A DNA stretch of 64,000 nucleotides, from contig RFVJ01000001.1 in assembly GCA_009928125.1 (NCBI GenBank), positions 4-64,003 on the forward strand, written 5' to 3'. The notes under the pieces are model-generated. The model made no database searches. It saw only the letters and a list, made by a program, of their open reading frames with translations, and was not told the DNA's origin. The translations under genes and the position numbers were made by a program. This document shows positions 46,320 to 58,122 of this stretch, one piece after another (position 1 is the first letter of the stretch; each line of letters starts with the position of its first letter). This stretch comes from Betaproteobacteria bacterium. Lineage in GTDB: Bacteria; Pseudomonadota; Gammaproteobacteria; Burkholderiales; Burkholderiaceae_C.

Positions 46320-47510
46320 TTATGAAGGTTCGCGTGAATTTTCCCCGAAATTATCAAGGGCAAAACGTGGATCTGATGCGGGCGTGGGCTCGGTTGAGTT
46401 GGTCAGCACCTCTTGGGCCAGCCATTGACGCAGCAATGGCAAGCCTTCCCCAGACTGCGCACTGACAAAGATGCGTGTCAGGGCCTGCCCATCGACTTCA
46501 TACACGTCTTGAAAAACAAGAGGCCGTCGCTCCGCGGGGAGATTGTCTATTTTGTTGAAGACAAGCCATTGAGGCACGTGATCGGCCCCGATCTCATGCA
46601 AGACGCGTTGCACCTCTGTCATTTGCTCTGGGAAGTTGGGGTTGGACGCATCGACCACATGAAGCAACAAGTCGGCATCAGCGGCCTCTTGCAAAGTGGC
46701 CTGAAACGCATCAATCAAACCGTGGGGCAAATCACGAATAAACCCCACCGTGTCTGAAACCGAGGCGCTGCGCCCTGCTTCACCCAAATAAAGTTGTCGT
46801 GTGGTGGTGTCAAGTGTGGCAAACAACTGATCAGCGGCATAGGCGCGCGCTTTGACCAGCGCATTGAACAAGGTTGACTTGCCAGCGTTGGTGTACCCCA
46901 CCAGAGAAACATTGAAGGCATTGCGACGATCGCGCTGACGTCTCTGCGTGGAGCGTTGCTTTTTAACTTTGATCAAACGTTCTTTGGTGCGTTTGATGGC
47001 GTCGCTGATCATGCGGCGGTCTAACTCGATCTGCGTCTCGCCAGGACCCCCTCGGGTGCCAATGCCGCCCCGTTGTCGTTCCAAGTGTGACCACCGTCGA
47101 ACCAAGCGCGTACTGAGGTACTGCAGGCGAGCCAACTCAACCTGCAGCTTGCCTTCATGACTGCGTGCACGCTGCGCAAATATTTCCAAGATCAAGAGCG
47201 TTCTGTCATTGACAGGCAGGCCCATGTGACGCTCAAGGTTGCGCTGCTGGGCTGGGCTCAGTGATTGATCAAACAGAATTTCGCGAGCTCCCATTTGCTC
47301 GGCCATGAATTTGATTTCGTCAGCTTTACCAGAGCCCACAAACAAAGCGGCATCGGGTGCTTTGCGTTTGCAGCTTATTTTGGCAACAGGCTGCAGGCCA
47401 GCTGTGATTGCCAATTGACTGAGTTCATCCAGTTCACCGTCGAAATGGGGCAAACCAAAGTCAACGCCGACCAACAAGGCCGGTGTTGAATCCACCGATT
47501 CTTTGCTCAA
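46320..47510 (-). CDS. hflX: ribosome rescue GTPase HflX
   Basis: GPGETQIE, GYTNAGKS, LFATLD, DTVGF, NKID. Confidence 0.97.
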   Translation of the reverse strand: MSKESVDSTPALLVGVDFGLPHFDGELDELSQLAITAGLQPVAKISCKRKAPDAALFVGSGKADEIKFMAEQMGAREILFDQSLSPAQQRNLERHMGLPVNDRTLLILEIFAQRARSHEGKLQVELARLQYLSTRLVRRWSHLERQRGGIGTRGGPGETQIELDRRMISDAIKRTKERLIKVKKQRSTQRRQRDRRNAFNVSLVGYTNAGKSTLFNALVKARAYAADQLFATLDTTTRQLYLGEAGRSASVSDTVGFIRDLPHGLIDAFQATLQEAADADLLLHVVDASNPNFPEQMTEVQRVLHEIGADHVPQWLVFNKIDNLPAERRPLVFQDVYEVDGQALTRIFVSAQSGEGLPLLRQWLAQEVLTNSTEPTPASDPRFALDNFGENSREPS

Positions 47511-47519
47511 AAGGAATGA

Positions 47520-47768
47520 TCAAGCAGGTGTGTCTTCAGCAGCATCAGTACCCGAGAGGTTGACTGCGCGGCCAGGGACAATGGTGGAAATGGCGTGCTT
47601 GTAGACCATTTGCGTGACGGTATTGCGAAGCAACACCACATACTGGTCAAAGGACTCAATTTGGCCTTGAAGCTTGATGCCGTTGACCAAATAAATGGAC
47701 ACTGGCACATGCTCGCGGCGCAAGGCGTTGAGGAAGGGGTCTTGCAAAAGTTGCCCTTTGTTGTTCAC
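47520..47768 (-). CDS. hfq: RNA chaperone Hfq
   Basis: [28 protein letters not shown]; GTG start with GGAG RBS. Confidence 0.98.
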   Translation of the reverse strand: MNNKGQLLQDPFLNALRREHVPVSIYLVNGIKLQGQIESFDQYVVLLRNTVTQMVYKHAISTIVPGRAVNLSGTDAAEDTPA

Positions 47769-47860
47769 GATATTCTCCGTGTTCTGAAATAAATTAAGGG
47801 TTTTACCTTAACACAAGCTTGAAAGGCTTTGAAAACCGCGATCCTTAAAAACCTTACAAA

Positions 47861-49201
47861 TCAGTCCGAATCTTTGTCGGCGTAGGGATTTTGAGACGTT
47901 TTCATCTCAATTCGGAGGGGCGTGCCCGAAAGGTCAAAATGTTTCCTGAAACGCCCTTCCAAGTAACGTTTGTAGGTTTCTGTCACGTGTTCCAGTGAGT
48001 TGCCATGAATCACAATCACGGGCGGGTTCATGCCCCCCTGGTGGGCATATCGCAACTTGGGACGGAACATGCCGCCTCGCTGTGGGCTTTGAAACTGCAC
48101 GGACTCCAACAACAATCGTGTCAAAACCGGCGTGGTCATTTTGACCATGGCTGATTTGTGCGCCTGCGAGATGGATTTCCACACAGGGCCTAGGCCTTGG
48201 CGCTTTTTGGCAGAAATGGTGTGCAGGTTTGCAAACTTGAGAAAGGGCAATCGGTTCTCGATGGAACGATGCACCAACTCACGTTGGTATTCGTCAACGG
48301 CATCCCACTTGTTCACAGCCAAGACCACTGCCCGACCACTTTCCAAAATGAAGCCTGCAATGTGTGCATCTTGCTCTGTCACACCTTGTGTGGCGTCGAG
48401 CAAGAGCAAGACCACATGCGCAGACTCAATGGCTTGCAAAGTTTTCACCACAGAAAACTTTTCAATGGCTTCAAACACCTTGCCTTTGCGTCGCAGACCC
48501 GCGGTGTCAATGAGTTCGAACTTTTGACCATCGCGCTCAAAGGGAACGGTGATAGCGTCACGCGTGGTGCCAGGCATGTCAAAGGCAACCAAACGTTCTT
48601 CACCCAACCATGTGTTGATGAGCGTCGATTTGCCAACATTGGGGCGACCTGCCACAGCCAGTTTCACGATGGTGGTGTCAAGGTCTGGCGCCTCATCGTC
48701 ATCCGGCAACAAGAGTGGGTCCAGTGCGAGTTCGACCAAACTTCTGACACCTTGGCCGTGAGCCGCTGACACAGGAATCACATCACCGAGGCCCAATTCG
48801 TAAAACTCGCTGATTTGGACGCCTTCGCGCATGCCTTCGGCTTTGTTGGCCACCAACAAACAGGGCTTGCCAATTTTTCGAAGGTATTTGGCAATGTCGT
48901 GATCTTGCGCAGACACGCCTGCACGCGCATCCACCACAAACACAACCACGTCAGCTTCTGCAACGGCTTGTTGTGTTTGCTTGGCCATTTCTTTGTAAAT
49001 GCCAGCGCTGGCATCAGGTTCGAAACCGCCGGTGTCTATGACGATGTACTCGTAGCGGCCCTGCCGTCCTTGGCCGTAATGGCGATCGCGGGTCAGTCCC
49101 GCAAAATCGGCCACGATGGCATCCCGACTTTTGGTCAGACGGTTAAAGAGCGTGGACTTGCCTACATTGGGGCGTCCGACCAAGGCCAGTACGGGTTTCA
49201 A
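47861..49201 (-). CDS. der: ribosome biogenesis GTPase Der
   Basis: two GRPNVGKS G-domains, DTGG and DTAG. Confidence 0.98.
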   Translation of the reverse strand: MKPVLALVGRPNVGKSTLFNRLTKSRDAIVADFAGLTRDRHYGQGRQGRYEYIVIDTGGFEPDASAGIYKEMAKQTQQAVAEADVVVFVVDARAGVSAQDHDIAKYLRKIGKPCLLVANKAEGMREGVQISEFYELGLGDVIPVSAAHGQGVRSLVELALDPLLLPDDDEAPDLDTTIVKLAVAGRPNVGKSTLINTWLGEERLVAFDMPGTTRDAITVPFERDGQKFELIDTAGLRRKGKVFEAIEKFSVVKTLQAIESAHVVLLLLDATQGVTEQDAHIAGFILESGRAVVLAVNKWDAVDEYQRELVHRSIENRLPFLKFANLHTISAKKRQGLGPVWKSISQAHKSAMVKMTTPVLTRLLLESVQFQSPQRGGMFRPKLRYAHQGGMNPPVIVIHGNSLEHVTETYKRYLEGRFRKHFDLSGTPLRIEMKTSQNPYADKDSD

Positions 49202-49218
49202 ATCAATCTTTCAGGGTG

Positions 49219-50355
49219 TCAGTTGGCACGCAAGGCTTGAACCAAGCCACTTTTCGTGACGACCACCCAATTTTTTCCATAAGGGACGGGGGGCATTGCG
49301 ATACCCGACGCATCGATTTGAGCTCGGGCGATCGTTTGCCCATTGTGAGCATCGATCCAATGCAACCACCCCAAATCATCGCCCACGACCAGCTGCCCTT
49401 CGGCAGCTGCGGGTGCGCTGAGCCCGCGAAAACGAAAGGCTTCAGACTGCCACAAGACTTGACCACCTGTACGATTCCAAGCGACCAATTTGCCGTCAGA
49501 CTCCGCACCGAAAAGTGCGGTCTGTGTTCCACTCAGGCCGACATGTCCTTGCGACGCACGCGTCCAAAGATTGCTGCCTTTTTGAGCATCAACACAGGTC
49601 ACGGAGGTTTGAAACGCACGGGCGCAAACGACATTGTTCACACGTGACACACCAGCAACCAAATCAACCAAACGTTCAACTTCGTTGGTGCCGCGAGAAG
49701 AACCGATGGTGACTTCCCAACGGGATACGCCATTGCTTGGGTTCAGGGCAACCAGTCTGCCCGAAAGACCCACCAGCAAATTGTCTTGATAACTGGTCAA
49801 GATACCGGCTTGTCGCAAAACCAAGGCATCACCGGCGCGTTGCTGACTCCAAAGCTTTTGCCCTGAAGCGCCATCCAAAGCAATCACCGTTCGATCTGCA
49901 GTGAGGACAAAAACACGCCCACCTGCCACCAAAGGTGCCGTGAAGGACAGTGCTGGCAACTTCACTTTCCACAAGACTTTGCCATCTGCCAAAGTCACCA
50001 ACTCGTTGGACTTGGTGATGACAGAAAGGCGATTGCCATCGGTTCCGACGCCCGCAGAAAGGGGCGTGTTCAAAGCAAAGCGCCATGCTTCTGCACCCGT
50101 TTCAACATTCAGCACGCTCACCAAACCATTGGCACTGGCCAGGGCCAATTGAGCGCCCGACAATTGCGCCGTCAAGGGGGATGAAACAGGTCCAATCTGG
50201 GCTGACCAAAGTCTGCTCACGCTCAGTTGTTCTTTGTAATCGACCAAGGCACTGGGCGTCGGTTTGTCTGGGGAACTGGCGCAAGCCCCCAATAGCAATG
50301 CCGTGGCCACCAAAGCGGCGAGAGCGGCAAAGGGTCTGTGTAGTGACAAGGTCAT
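49219..50355 (-). CDS. bamB: outer membrane protein assembly factor BamB
   Basis: lipobox LGAC, PQQ-like repeats, NEVERLVD; yfgM-bamB-der order. Confidence 0.93.
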   Translation of the reverse strand: MTLSLHRPFAALAALVATALLLGACASSPDKPTPSALVDYKEQLSVSRLWSAQIGPVSSPLTAQLSGAQLALASANGLVSVLNVETGAEAWRFALNTPLSAGVGTDGNRLSVITKSNELVTLADGKVLWKVKLPALSFTAPLVAGGRVFVLTADRTVIALDGASGQKLWSQQRAGDALVLRQAGILTSYQDNLLVGLSGRLVALNPSNGVSRWEVTIGSSRGTNEVERLVDLVAGVSRVNNVVCARAFQTSVTCVDAQKGSNLWTRASQGHVGLSGTQTALFGAESDGKLVAWNRTGGQVLWQSEAFRFRGLSAPAAAEGQLVVGDDLGWLHWIDAHNGQTIARAQIDASGIAMPPVPYGKNWVVVTKSGLVQALRAN

Positions 50356-51017
50356 TTCGTCGCACCCTTGGCAAGCGTGGGGTCAACACCCAAAGCATTC
50401 AATTTGGCTGCAACCAGACGACGGTATTCTGCATTGTCTGCAAGCTGAGTCCAAGCGTCGGAATAGGCTTTGACTGCTTCTGCAGGTTTGTTTTGCGCGA
50501 CAGCAATGTCACCTTGAACATCCGATGCCAAGCCAGCAAACGCGGGGGTGAAAGGCTTGGACAAAGTTTTGAGGGCTTCATCGTAGGATTTTTGCTGAGC
50601 TTGCAAATTGGCCAAACGAATGCGTGCCAGTTGGGCACTGGCTTCGTCCCCCGCATTTTCACTGGCCCATTTCAAAGCTGCCTGAGCGGCTTCATTTTTT
50701 TCGTTCTGCTGAAATACTTTGGCAGCCAACAGTGCAGACTGTGACGCGAAGGTGGTTTTCGGGAACCGCTCTTTCATGTCATTCCAAGAGCGCTCAAGCT
50801 TGGCAACGTCGCTGGATGCAGCCGTGCGTTCCACTTCATCAAACAAAGCGGAGGCTTTGGTCGCTTGCTGGCGCTCCCAGTATTGGTAGGCATTCCAGCC
50901 GACGTAGGAACCCATCACCGCAATCAGCAACCAGGTCAGGACATTGCCGTATTGCTTCCAAAAGTGCTTGAGTTGGTCAAGTTGTTCTTGTTCTTCGAGG
51001 TCGAGATGTGAGGACAT
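50352..51017 (-). CDS. yfgM: YfgM family TPR membrane protein
   Basis: LEEQEQLDQLKHFWKQYG, TM segment, ARIRLA, GD motif; gene order. Confidence 0.9.
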   Translation of the reverse strand: MSSHLDLEEQEQLDQLKHFWKQYGNVLTWLLIAVMGSYVGWNAYQYWERQQATKASALFDEVERTAASSDVAKLERSWNDMKERFPKTTFASQSALLAAKVFQQNEKNEAAQAALKWASENAGDEASAQLARIRLANLQAQQKSYDEALKTLSKPFTPAFAGLASDVQGDIAVAQNKPAEAVKAYSDAWTQLADNAEYRRLVAAKLNALGVDPTLAKGATK

Positions 51018-51030
51018 GTTCAGCTTTGTA

Positions 51031-52362
51031 TCAAGGGGTCAATTGTAGGCTGTGCGCCCAAGCACCCAGGTTTTCCAATGATTCTGTTCTTTGTGCGCCA
51101 CCGCCGTCCCGCAGCGACTTCACTGAAACCGTATTGTGAGCGAGTTCATCAGCCCCAAAAATGAGGGCAAAGTGTGCGCCACTGCTGTCTGCTTTTTTGA
51201 ACTGGCTCTTCATGCTGCCAATTCCGTCACCCGTTCCTGCATGCATTTGAACGTTGACACCCATGGCACGCAATTGACGCAGACTCTTCAAGACAACCGG
51301 CAAACTTTGCGCTTCTGGAACGATGGCATAGGCGTGCGGTACGCTTGAAGGCACTGCCGCACCCTGCTCTTCCAGCAATGCCAAAACACGCTCGATGCCC
51401 AAAGCCCAACCTACCGCTGGCGCGGGTTTGCCCCCCACCTGCTCGATGAGATAGTCGTATCGACCACCGCCACAAACAGTGCCCTGAGAACCCAGTTGAT
51501 CCGTGATGAACTCAAAAACCGTCAGGTTGTAATAGTCCATGCCCCGCACCAAGCGCGGATTCAAAGAATAGGAAACACCATTGGCATCCAAAATTTGTCG
51601 CAAGGCATTGAAGTGCGCCAAAGACTGCTCACCTAAAAAGTCCATCAACCGTGGCGCGGCTTCGACCACATCTTTCATGGCCGGATTTTTGGTGTCCAAA
51701 ATTCGCAAAGGATTGGTGTACAAACGGCGCTTAGCGTCCTCGTCCAACACGTCTTGATGTTTTTCGAAGTGTGCGATGAGCGCCGCGCGGTGCGCCAAAC
51801 GCTCGGGGGGTTGACCCAAGCTGTTCAGCTCAAGGCGAACATCTTTCAAGCCGATGGCTTTCCACAGATCGTGGGCCAACAAAATAACCTCGGCGTCGAT
51901 TTCAGGCCCTTGAAATCCCAAAACCTCTGCGCCAATTTGATGGAACTGTCGGTACCGTCCACGCTGTGGACGCTCGTGGCGAAACATGGGGCCCATGTAG
52001 TAGAGACGCTTACCGCCTTCATAGAGCATGTTGTGCTCGACCACTGCACGCACGACACCTGCCGTACTTTCAGGTCGCAATGTGAGGGCCTCACCGTTGA
52101 GCCTGTCTTCAAAAGAGTACATCTCTTTTTCGACAATGTCAGTGACTTCACCCAAGCCCCGCACAAACAAGGCGGTGGGTTCGACGATGGGCGTGCGGAT
52201 GTTGCGATAAGCATAGCGCGCCATCAAATCTCGCACAGTGCCTTCTAACCATTCCCACTTGGCAGACTCACCCGGGAGGATGTCATTCATGCCCTTGACG
52301 GCAGTGAGTTTTTTAAAGGCGACAGCCTTGGCGCTGGCCTCGATCGATTTCTTGTCAGACAT
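51031..52362 (-). CDS. hisS: histidine--tRNA ligase
   Basis: [36 protein letters not shown]. Confidence 0.98.
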   Translation of the reverse strand: MSDKKSIEASAKAVAFKKLTAVKGMNDILPGESAKWEWLEGTVRDLMARYAYRNIRTPIVEPTALFVRGLGEVTDIVEKEMYSFEDRLNGEALTLRPESTAGVVRAVVEHNMLYEGGKRLYYMGPMFRHERPQRGRYRQFHQIGAEVLGFQGPEIDAEVILLAHDLWKAIGLKDVRLELNSLGQPPERLAHRAALIAHFEKHQDVLDEDAKRRLYTNPLRILDTKNPAMKDVVEAAPRLMDFLGEQSLAHFNALRQILDANGVSYSLNPRLVRGMDYYNLTVFEFITDQLGSQGTVCGGGRYDYLIEQVGGKPAPAVGWALGIERVLALLEEQGAAVPSSVPHAYAIVPEAQSLPVVLKSLRQLRAMGVNVQMHAGTGDGIGSMKSQFKKADSSGAHFALIFGADELAHNTVSVKSLRDGGGAQRTESLENLGAWAHSLQLTP

Positions 52363-52367
52363 ACAAT

Positions 52368-53639
52368 TCAATTGGCAGTGCTTGGGGTGTTGCCAAACCT
52401 TTGTTCGATGTACTTGGACACCAGTTCTTGAAACTCTTGGGCAATGTTGTCACCTCGCAAGGTGAGTTTCTTTTCGCCATCAATGAAGACCGGTGCAGCA
52501 GGCGCCTCGCCCGTGCCGGGCAAACTGATGCCAATGTCGGCATGCTTGCTTTCCCCAGGGCCATTGACAATGCAACCCATGACGGCCAATTTTAAGTTCT
52601 CAACACCAGGGTATTGCGAACGCCACACTGGCATTTGTGCACGCAAATAATCGTCGATTTGTTTGGCCAATTCTTGGAAGGTGCTGCTGGTGGTCCTGCC
52701 GCAACCCGGACAAGCGGTCACACTGGGCACAAAAATTCTCAGGCCCAGGGACTGCAAAATTTCAGAGGCGATGACCACCTCTTGCGTACGGGCTTCACCA
52801 GGCTGTGGTGTGAGCGAGACCCGGATGGTGTCACCGATGCCTTCTTGCAACAAGATGGACAAGGCTGTGGCAGAGGCCACAGTGCCTTTGGTGCCCATGC
52901 CGGCTTCGGTCAGGCCCAGGTGCAGAGGGTAATCTGTACGGCGGGCCAACTCTCGGTAAACCGCAATCAAATCTTGCACGCCAGAAACTTTGCAAGACAA
53001 GATGATTTGAGACCGTGACATGCCCATCTCGTGGGCTTTGTCGGCAGAACTGATGGCCGAGGTGATGAGCGCCTCGTACATCACTTGTCGGGATTCCCAC
53101 GGCGTTGCGCGTTGGCTGTTTTGGTCCATCAAGGAAGCCAACAATTCTTGGTCCAAACTGCCCCAATTGACACCAATGCGCACAGGCTTGTTCCACTTCA
53201 TGGCCGCTTCGATCATTTGCCCAAATTGCAAATCGTGCTTGTCGCCCTTGCCCACATTGCCGGGGTTGATGCGGTATTTGGACAAGGCTTCTGCGCACGC
53301 AGGATGGTCGTTCAACAAGCGATGGCCGTTGTAATGAAAATCGCCAATGAGGGGCACATCAATGCCCATTTTGTCGAGTTGATCGCGAATGTGCGGAACA
53401 GCTTCAGCAGCTTCAGGGGTGTTGACAGTCAAGCGCACCATCTCAGAACCCGCCAAGGCCAGTTCCTTGACTTGGATGGCGGAACCGATGACATCCACCG
53501 TGTCTGTGTTGGTCATCGACTGAACCCGGACCGGTGCATTTCCCCCCACAGTGACGATGCGTTGCCCCCATTGAACGACGGCTTGCAAACTGCGGCGAGG
53601 CAAAGGTGAGGCGGCTGGAATAGCGACGGGCTCGTTCAT
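52368..53639 (-). CDS. ispG: (E)-4-hydroxy-3-methylbut-2-enyl-diphosphate synthase
   Basis: [37 protein letters not shown]. Confidence 0.98.
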   Translation of the reverse strand: MNEPVAIPAASPLPRRSLQAVVQWGQRIVTVGGNAPVRVQSMTNTDTVDVIGSAIQVKELALAGSEMVRLTVNTPEAAEAVPHIRDQLDKMGIDVPLIGDFHYNGHRLLNDHPACAEALSKYRINPGNVGKGDKHDLQFGQMIEAAMKWNKPVRIGVNWGSLDQELLASLMDQNSQRATPWESRQVMYEALITSAISSADKAHEMGMSRSQIILSCKVSGVQDLIAVYRELARRTDYPLHLGLTEAGMGTKGTVASATALSILLQEGIGDTIRVSLTPQPGEARTQEVVIASEILQSLGLRIFVPSVTACPGCGRTTSSTFQELAKQIDDYLRAQMPVWRSQYPGVENLKLAVMGCIVNGPGESKHADIGISLPGTGEAPAAPVFIDGEKKLTLRGDNIAQEFQELVSKYIEQRFGNTPSTAN

Positions 53640-54319
53640 TTGTTTGTCTCTGATGGCGGGTTGGAAGAAGACGGGCTAGCAGGTGAGGATGGACCTGACA
53701 TGGCAGGCGGCGCAACCGAGGCGGATGCCGCAACAGGCGCTACAACACTGGATGGGGCGGCGCTGTCGTACACCAAGGCTTTGGGCAATTCAGGTTGCGC
53801 TGCTTCAGTAGAAACTGGCTCTTGAACGGGGGGCATGGTTGGCACGACCTCTTGGGTGTCTGCAGGCTTGCCTAAGTTGAAAGGGTTCAGCGTCCAACGT
53901 GTGTCAAAGACCAGGCTGGCGAGAATCAACAACAACGCCACGATCCCCAGTTTCAAACCCATTCCCGTCGTCTTGGTGCTCATCACGCTTGGACTGGATG
54001 GGTACGAGGGCGAAGCGTCTTGCCCCAAAATTTGCAAAGGCTTCAAACCATTGGTGCTTGCAGGCATCAGTGCCAACACAGGATCGGGATCAATTTTGAC
54101 AAAACGACAGACCTTGGCAGCCAAGGCCCGGGCAAAAACAGGGCCTGACAATGATTCAAATTGATCGCCTTCTAGGGCCTCAAGTTGCTTGATGGAGACT
54201 TTCAAATTGACCGAAAGTACCGCCAGATGGATGCCTGCACGTTCACGACCCGCTTTGATCAATGCACCCGGTGATGCAGGCATCAGCGGCATGACCGCGT
54301 CATTCAAGGATTCAGTCAT
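53636..54319 (-). CDS. rodZ: RodZ-like HTH membrane protein
   Basis: N-terminal HTH ([10 protein letters not shown]...LEALE), single TM, Pro/Ala-rich tail; sits between pilW and ispG. Confidence 0.75.
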   Translation of the reverse strand: MTESLNDAVMPLMPASPGALIKAGRERAGIHLAVLSVNLKVSIKQLEALEGDQFESLSGPVFARALAAKVCRFVKIDPDPVLALMPASTNGLKPLQILGQDASPSYPSSPSVMSTKTTGMGLKLGIVALLLILASLVFDTRWTLNPFNLGKPADTQEVVPTMPPVQEPVSTEAAQPELPKALVYDSAAPSSVVAPVAASASVAPPAMSGPSSPASPSSSNPPSETNK

Positions 54320-55109
54320 GAGATGCCTCCTCTTGGTATGCGCGCCATTGCACTGAATTTGAAAATCGACGTCCTAACATCTTGCCCCAATGGTTCTTTT
54401 TAACTGCTTGATTTTGCCGCTGTGCCAGTTGCACAGACAACCATAGCGATTGTGCACTGACAGAGGAGGAATCGTTCACTTTGTCTAGAATTTTCTCAGC
54501 TTCTGCGTCTCTTCCCAGCTGAATTTTGAGACCCGCGAGAACAAGCGATTCAGAAATAAAGCTGGGTTGCCGTTGGAATGCCTCATCCATTTTCGAATGG
54601 GCTGCGTCCCATTGCTGATTGTGAAGCAAGCAAACGCCCCAAATCCACAAGCTTTTGTCTCTTTCTAGCCCCTCAGAAAGGCGTTGCGCCAGCTCAAATT
54701 TCACATAGGCAGACGCGTCACGGCCCTGCTCACACTCCAAAATACCCCAGTTGTGGGCAATTTGCGCATTCTGAGGCGCCAGCAGACTGGCTTGGCGGAA
54801 AAACGTGTTGGCCAACGCGAATCGACCCTGCCTTTGGTGAATCACCGCTTTGAGACCCAAAGCCTCAGGCGAGTGAGGTGAAGCCAGCAAGGCTTGGTCG
54901 GTCGCCTGCATGGCCAGCGACAACAAATCAGCCTGAAAATAGGCCGAGGCCAGCGCCAAATGAGCTTGGACTCGTTGATCCGGCTGGGCTTTTGCGGGAC
55001 AAGCCACCCCAAGGCCCAATGAAATCAAAAGAAACCAGCTTGCAAGCAAATGCAAGCAGTTCACACCAACACCCCCCTTCATAGGGGGTATTGGCAAGCT
55101 GTAGGGCAT
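54312..55109 (-). CDS. TPR protein, PilW/PilF-like (divergent)
   Basis: LALASAYF, AHNWG..C, SAQSLWL, L.RRF..S; rlmN-pilW-rodZ order; start uncertain. Confidence 0.75.
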   Translation of the reverse strand: MPYSLPIPPMKGGVGVNCLHLLASWFLLISLGLGVACPAKAQPDQRVQAHLALASAYFQADLLSLAMQATDQALLASPHSPEALGLKAVIHQRQGRFALANTFFRQASLLAPQNAQIAHNWGILECEQGRDASAYVKFELAQRLSEGLERDKSLWIWGVCLLHNQQWDAAHSKMDEAFQRQPSFISESLVLAGLKIQLGRDAEAEKILDKVNDSSSVSAQSLWLSVQLAQRQNQAVKKNHWGKMLGRRFSNSVQWRAYQEEASHD

Positions 55110-56260
55110 CAAGAACGATCTGACGCTTGGGCTGTGGGCTTGAAAGCCCATTGAACCGGCACTGCACGTTGTTGGGCAATTCTGCTGGCCACGTCGGTTC
55201 GGTCTTTGACATCGCCTGCAAGTTGACCGCAAGCCGCGTCAATGTCATCGCCCCGCGTCTTACGAACTGTTGTGACAAAGCCTGCTTGAACCAGAATTTC
55301 AGCAAACTTGTCGACAGCGGAAGAATCGGACCGCAGCAACCCAGATTCTTTGAAGGGATTGAAGGGGATCAAGTTGAATTTGCAACGCAAGCCTTGTGCG
55401 GCATGGCGTTTGATCAACTGCACCAATTCTTGCGCATGCTCAGGCTGATCGTTCACACCTTTCAACATGCAATATTCGAAAGTGATGAAATCGCGGGGGG
55501 CCTTGGCCAGATAAAGCGTGCACTCGGAAAGCAACTCATCCAACGGGTATTTGCGATTAAGGGGAACCAAATTGTCTCGAAGCACATTGTTGGGTGCGTG
55601 CAGAGAAACAGCCAAGGCCACGGGGCAATCCTGAGACAAACGCGCCATCATGGGCACCACACCCGAGGTTGAGACCGTGACCCGTCGCCTCGACAAACCA
55701 TAGCCATGATCGTCCAACATGGCTTTCAGTGCGGGAATCAGGGCCGCATAGTTTTGCAGCGGCTCCCCCATGCCCATCATGACCACATTGGAAATGACAC
55801 GCTCAGTTTGCTTCAGGTGATTGCGCAAAAAATGCTCGGCAAACCAAAGTTGGGCCACTATTTCTGCCGTGGTGAGATTGCGACTGAAGCCTTGGTGCCC
55901 CGTTGAGCAAAAACGGCAACCAACCGCACAACCCGCCTGCGAGGAGACACACAAAGTGCCACGGTCATCCTCAGGAATGAAAACGGTTTCGACCGCATCG
56001 CCGCCCCCCACATCAAACAACCATTTGATGGTGCCGTCTTTGGAAATTTGCTGAGAAAGAATGGGCAAAGGCGCCACATGGGCATGCACTTTGAGCTTTT
56101 CTCGCAGGGACTTGGCAAGATCGGACATGTCGTCGAACTGCGCCATGCCACGCTGGTGAATCCAACGAAAAAGTTGGGTTGCGCGAAAACGTTTTTCGCC
56201 CAGCCCTTCACAAAAAACGGCCAAGCCTTCTAGGTCAAAATCAAGAAGGTTGGCCGTCAT
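55109..56260 (-). CDS. rlmN: 23S rRNA m2A2503 methyltransferase
   Basis: [33 protein letters not shown]. Confidence 0.97.
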   Translation of the reverse strand: MTANLLDFDLEGLAVFCEGLGEKRFRATQLFRWIHQRGMAQFDDMSDLAKSLREKLKVHAHVAPLPILSQQISKDGTIKWLFDVGGGDAVETVFIPEDDRGTLCVSSQAGCAVGCRFCSTGHQGFSRNLTTAEIVAQLWFAEHFLRNHLKQTERVISNVVMMGMGEPLQNYAALIPALKAMLDDHGYGLSRRRVTVSTSGVVPMMARLSQDCPVALAVSLHAPNNVLRDNLVPLNRKYPLDELLSECTLYLAKAPRDFITFEYCMLKGVNDQPEHAQELVQLIKRHAAQGLRCKFNLIPFNPFKESGLLRSDSSAVDKFAEILVQAGFVTTVRKTRGDDIDAACGQLAGDVKDRTDVASRIAQQRAVPVQWAFKPTAQASDRS

Positions 56261-56316
56261 CGCGGAAGAATGAAGTTTCTAAGCCGCTGGTGTGAGTCGA
56301 AAAAACTCAGCAGCAA

Positions 56317-56742
56317 TCAACGTGAGTAAACGTTCATGCCTGGGAAAAAGAAGCTGACTTCAACGGCTGCAGTTTCCGCCGCATCAGAGCCGTGCACAGC
56401 ATTGGCATCGATGCTGTCGGCAAAATCGGCACGAATGGTGCCAGGTGCAGCTTTCTTGGGATCGGTGGCGCCCATCAGGTCGCGATTTTTCAAGATGGCG
56501 CCTTCACCTTCCAAGGCCTGAATCATGACAGGACCGGAAATCATGAAGTCAACCAAATCTTTGAAGAAAGGACGCTCTTTGTGAACAGCGTAGAAGGCTT
56601 CGGCTTCACCGCGTGACAAATGCACCATCTTGGCAGCAACAACTTTGAGGCCGGCGGCTTCGAAACGTGCGTAGATTTGACCAATGACGTTTTTGGCGAC
56701 TGCGTCAGGCTTGATGATGGACAGTGTGCGTTCGATTGCCAT
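56317..56742 (-). CDS. ndk: nucleoside-diphosphate kinase
   Basis: IIKPDA, PGTIR, NAVHGSD; GAGGA RBS. Confidence 0.98.
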   Translation of the reverse strand: MAIERTLSIIKPDAVAKNVIGQIYARFEAAGLKVVAAKMVHLSRGEAEAFYAVHKERPFFKDLVDFMISGPVMIQALEGEGAILKNRDLMGATDPKKAAPGTIRADFADSIDANAVHGSDAAETAAVEVSFFFPGMNVYSR

Positions 56743-56913
56743 GATGAGATTCCTCAAATTTATTTTAAAAATGGTACTTAAAAACTGCGTTTTTAAAGCG
56801 GGGTTGCACTAAAGCAAGCCTACTATTCTAACCCGACCTAGGGGTTTCCCCATGGGTGAAAAGGATTTGTGAGCCAATGTGAGTCCGCTTTGTCAAAGCC
56901 CCCACCCCCTATC

Positions 56914-58122
56914 TCAACGACTGCGCCCACCATTTCTGCGAGGACCTCCCGAGCGGCCCCCAGGTTGTTGCGCCTTGCGTTGCCGGCTGAAACTGTCCGC
57001 GCCAATGTAGCCAACAGACGTCTTCATGGGGTCGGGTTGCCCGCCTTGGGCTTGCCCACGTCTTTGCCCGCCCGCATTTTGTCCAGGCTTTTTCGCACCA
57101 AATGCACGATTGCGAGGGTTTTGAGTTCGCCGACCTTCTGGCCGTTCGGATTGGGTCGGCGATTCTGCCCTCTCCCGCGCTGCACCGGCTTTGTTGGCAG
57201 CATGCGTGAGCGCGCGAATGTCAGCTTCGTCCAACTCCATGAAGGTGCTTCTGCGCAAGCCGTGAGGCAAGACCATGGCGCCATAACGAATGCGAATCAA
57301 GCGACTGACCGCATGACCCACTGCTTCCATCATGCGACGAACTTCACGGTTTCGGCCCTCTGAAATGGTGACTCGGTACCAACAGTTGGAACCTTCGCCG
57401 CCGCCATTTTCAATCGAACCAAATTGGGCCATGCCGTCTTCCAACATGACGCCGTCTAACAATTTTTGTTTTTCTTCATTGCTGAGGGCACCCAAAACAC
57501 GCACCGCATATTCACGCTCCAAGCCAAAACGTGGATGCATCAAACGATTGGCCAACTCGCCTGAGTTGGTGAACAACAACAGACCCTCGGTGTTCAAGTC
57601 AAGGCGGCCAACAGACTGCCATTTGCCATGTTGCAAACGTGGCAACTTGCGAAATACGGTAGGCCTGTTCTTCGGATCATCGTGTGACACGATTTCGCCA
57701 GCGGGCTTGTGATAGGCAATGACCCGTGGTGGTGGTGGCTCAATGCGAACACGAATGGGCCGTCCATTGACCTTGACCTGATCGCCATATTGAATGCGTT
57801 GACCAATGTGCGCCGGCTCATTGTTCACAGAGATACGGCCCTCTAGGATCAGCTGCTCCATCTCCAAGCGAGAGCCCAAACCGGCTTGCGCCAAAACTTT
57901 GTGGAGCTTGGGGGACTCGGCTTGGGGCGCCAGGACACGCTTCGTGAGGAGCGGTGAGGCAAGGCCTTCCGCCGATTGGTCAAATTGCCCAGACACCACA
58001 TCTTCCATGGCGATGGGACGAAAGATGTCGTGGTCCTCAGCGTTGGGGTGTGCTTCAGCTTGGGGGGATTCAGCACCCTCAGTCTGTTTGGGTGAATCAG
58101 GTGCCTCTGGCAACTCAGTCAT
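56914..58122 (-). CDS. rluB: 23S rRNA pseudouridine synthase RluB
   Basis: S4 domain [38 protein letters not shown]; follows scpB. Confidence 0.93.
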   Translation of the reverse strand: MTELPEAPDSPKQTEGAESPQAEAHPNAEDHDIFRPIAMEDVVSGQFDQSAEGLASPLLTKRVLAPQAESPKLHKVLAQAGLGSRLEMEQLILEGRISVNNEPAHIGQRIQYGDQVKVNGRPIRVRIEPPPPRVIAYHKPAGEIVSHDDPKNRPTVFRKLPRLQHGKWQSVGRLDLNTEGLLLFTNSGELANRLMHPRFGLEREYAVRVLGALSNEEKQKLLDGVMLEDGMAQFGSIENGGGEGSNCWYRVTISEGRNREVRRMMEAVGHAVSRLIRIRYGAMVLPHGLRRSTFMELDEADIRALTHAANKAGAARERAESPTQSERPEGRRTQNPRNRAFGAKKPGQNAGGQRRGQAQGGQPDPMKTSVGYIGADSFSRQRKAQQPGGRSGGPRRNGGRSR

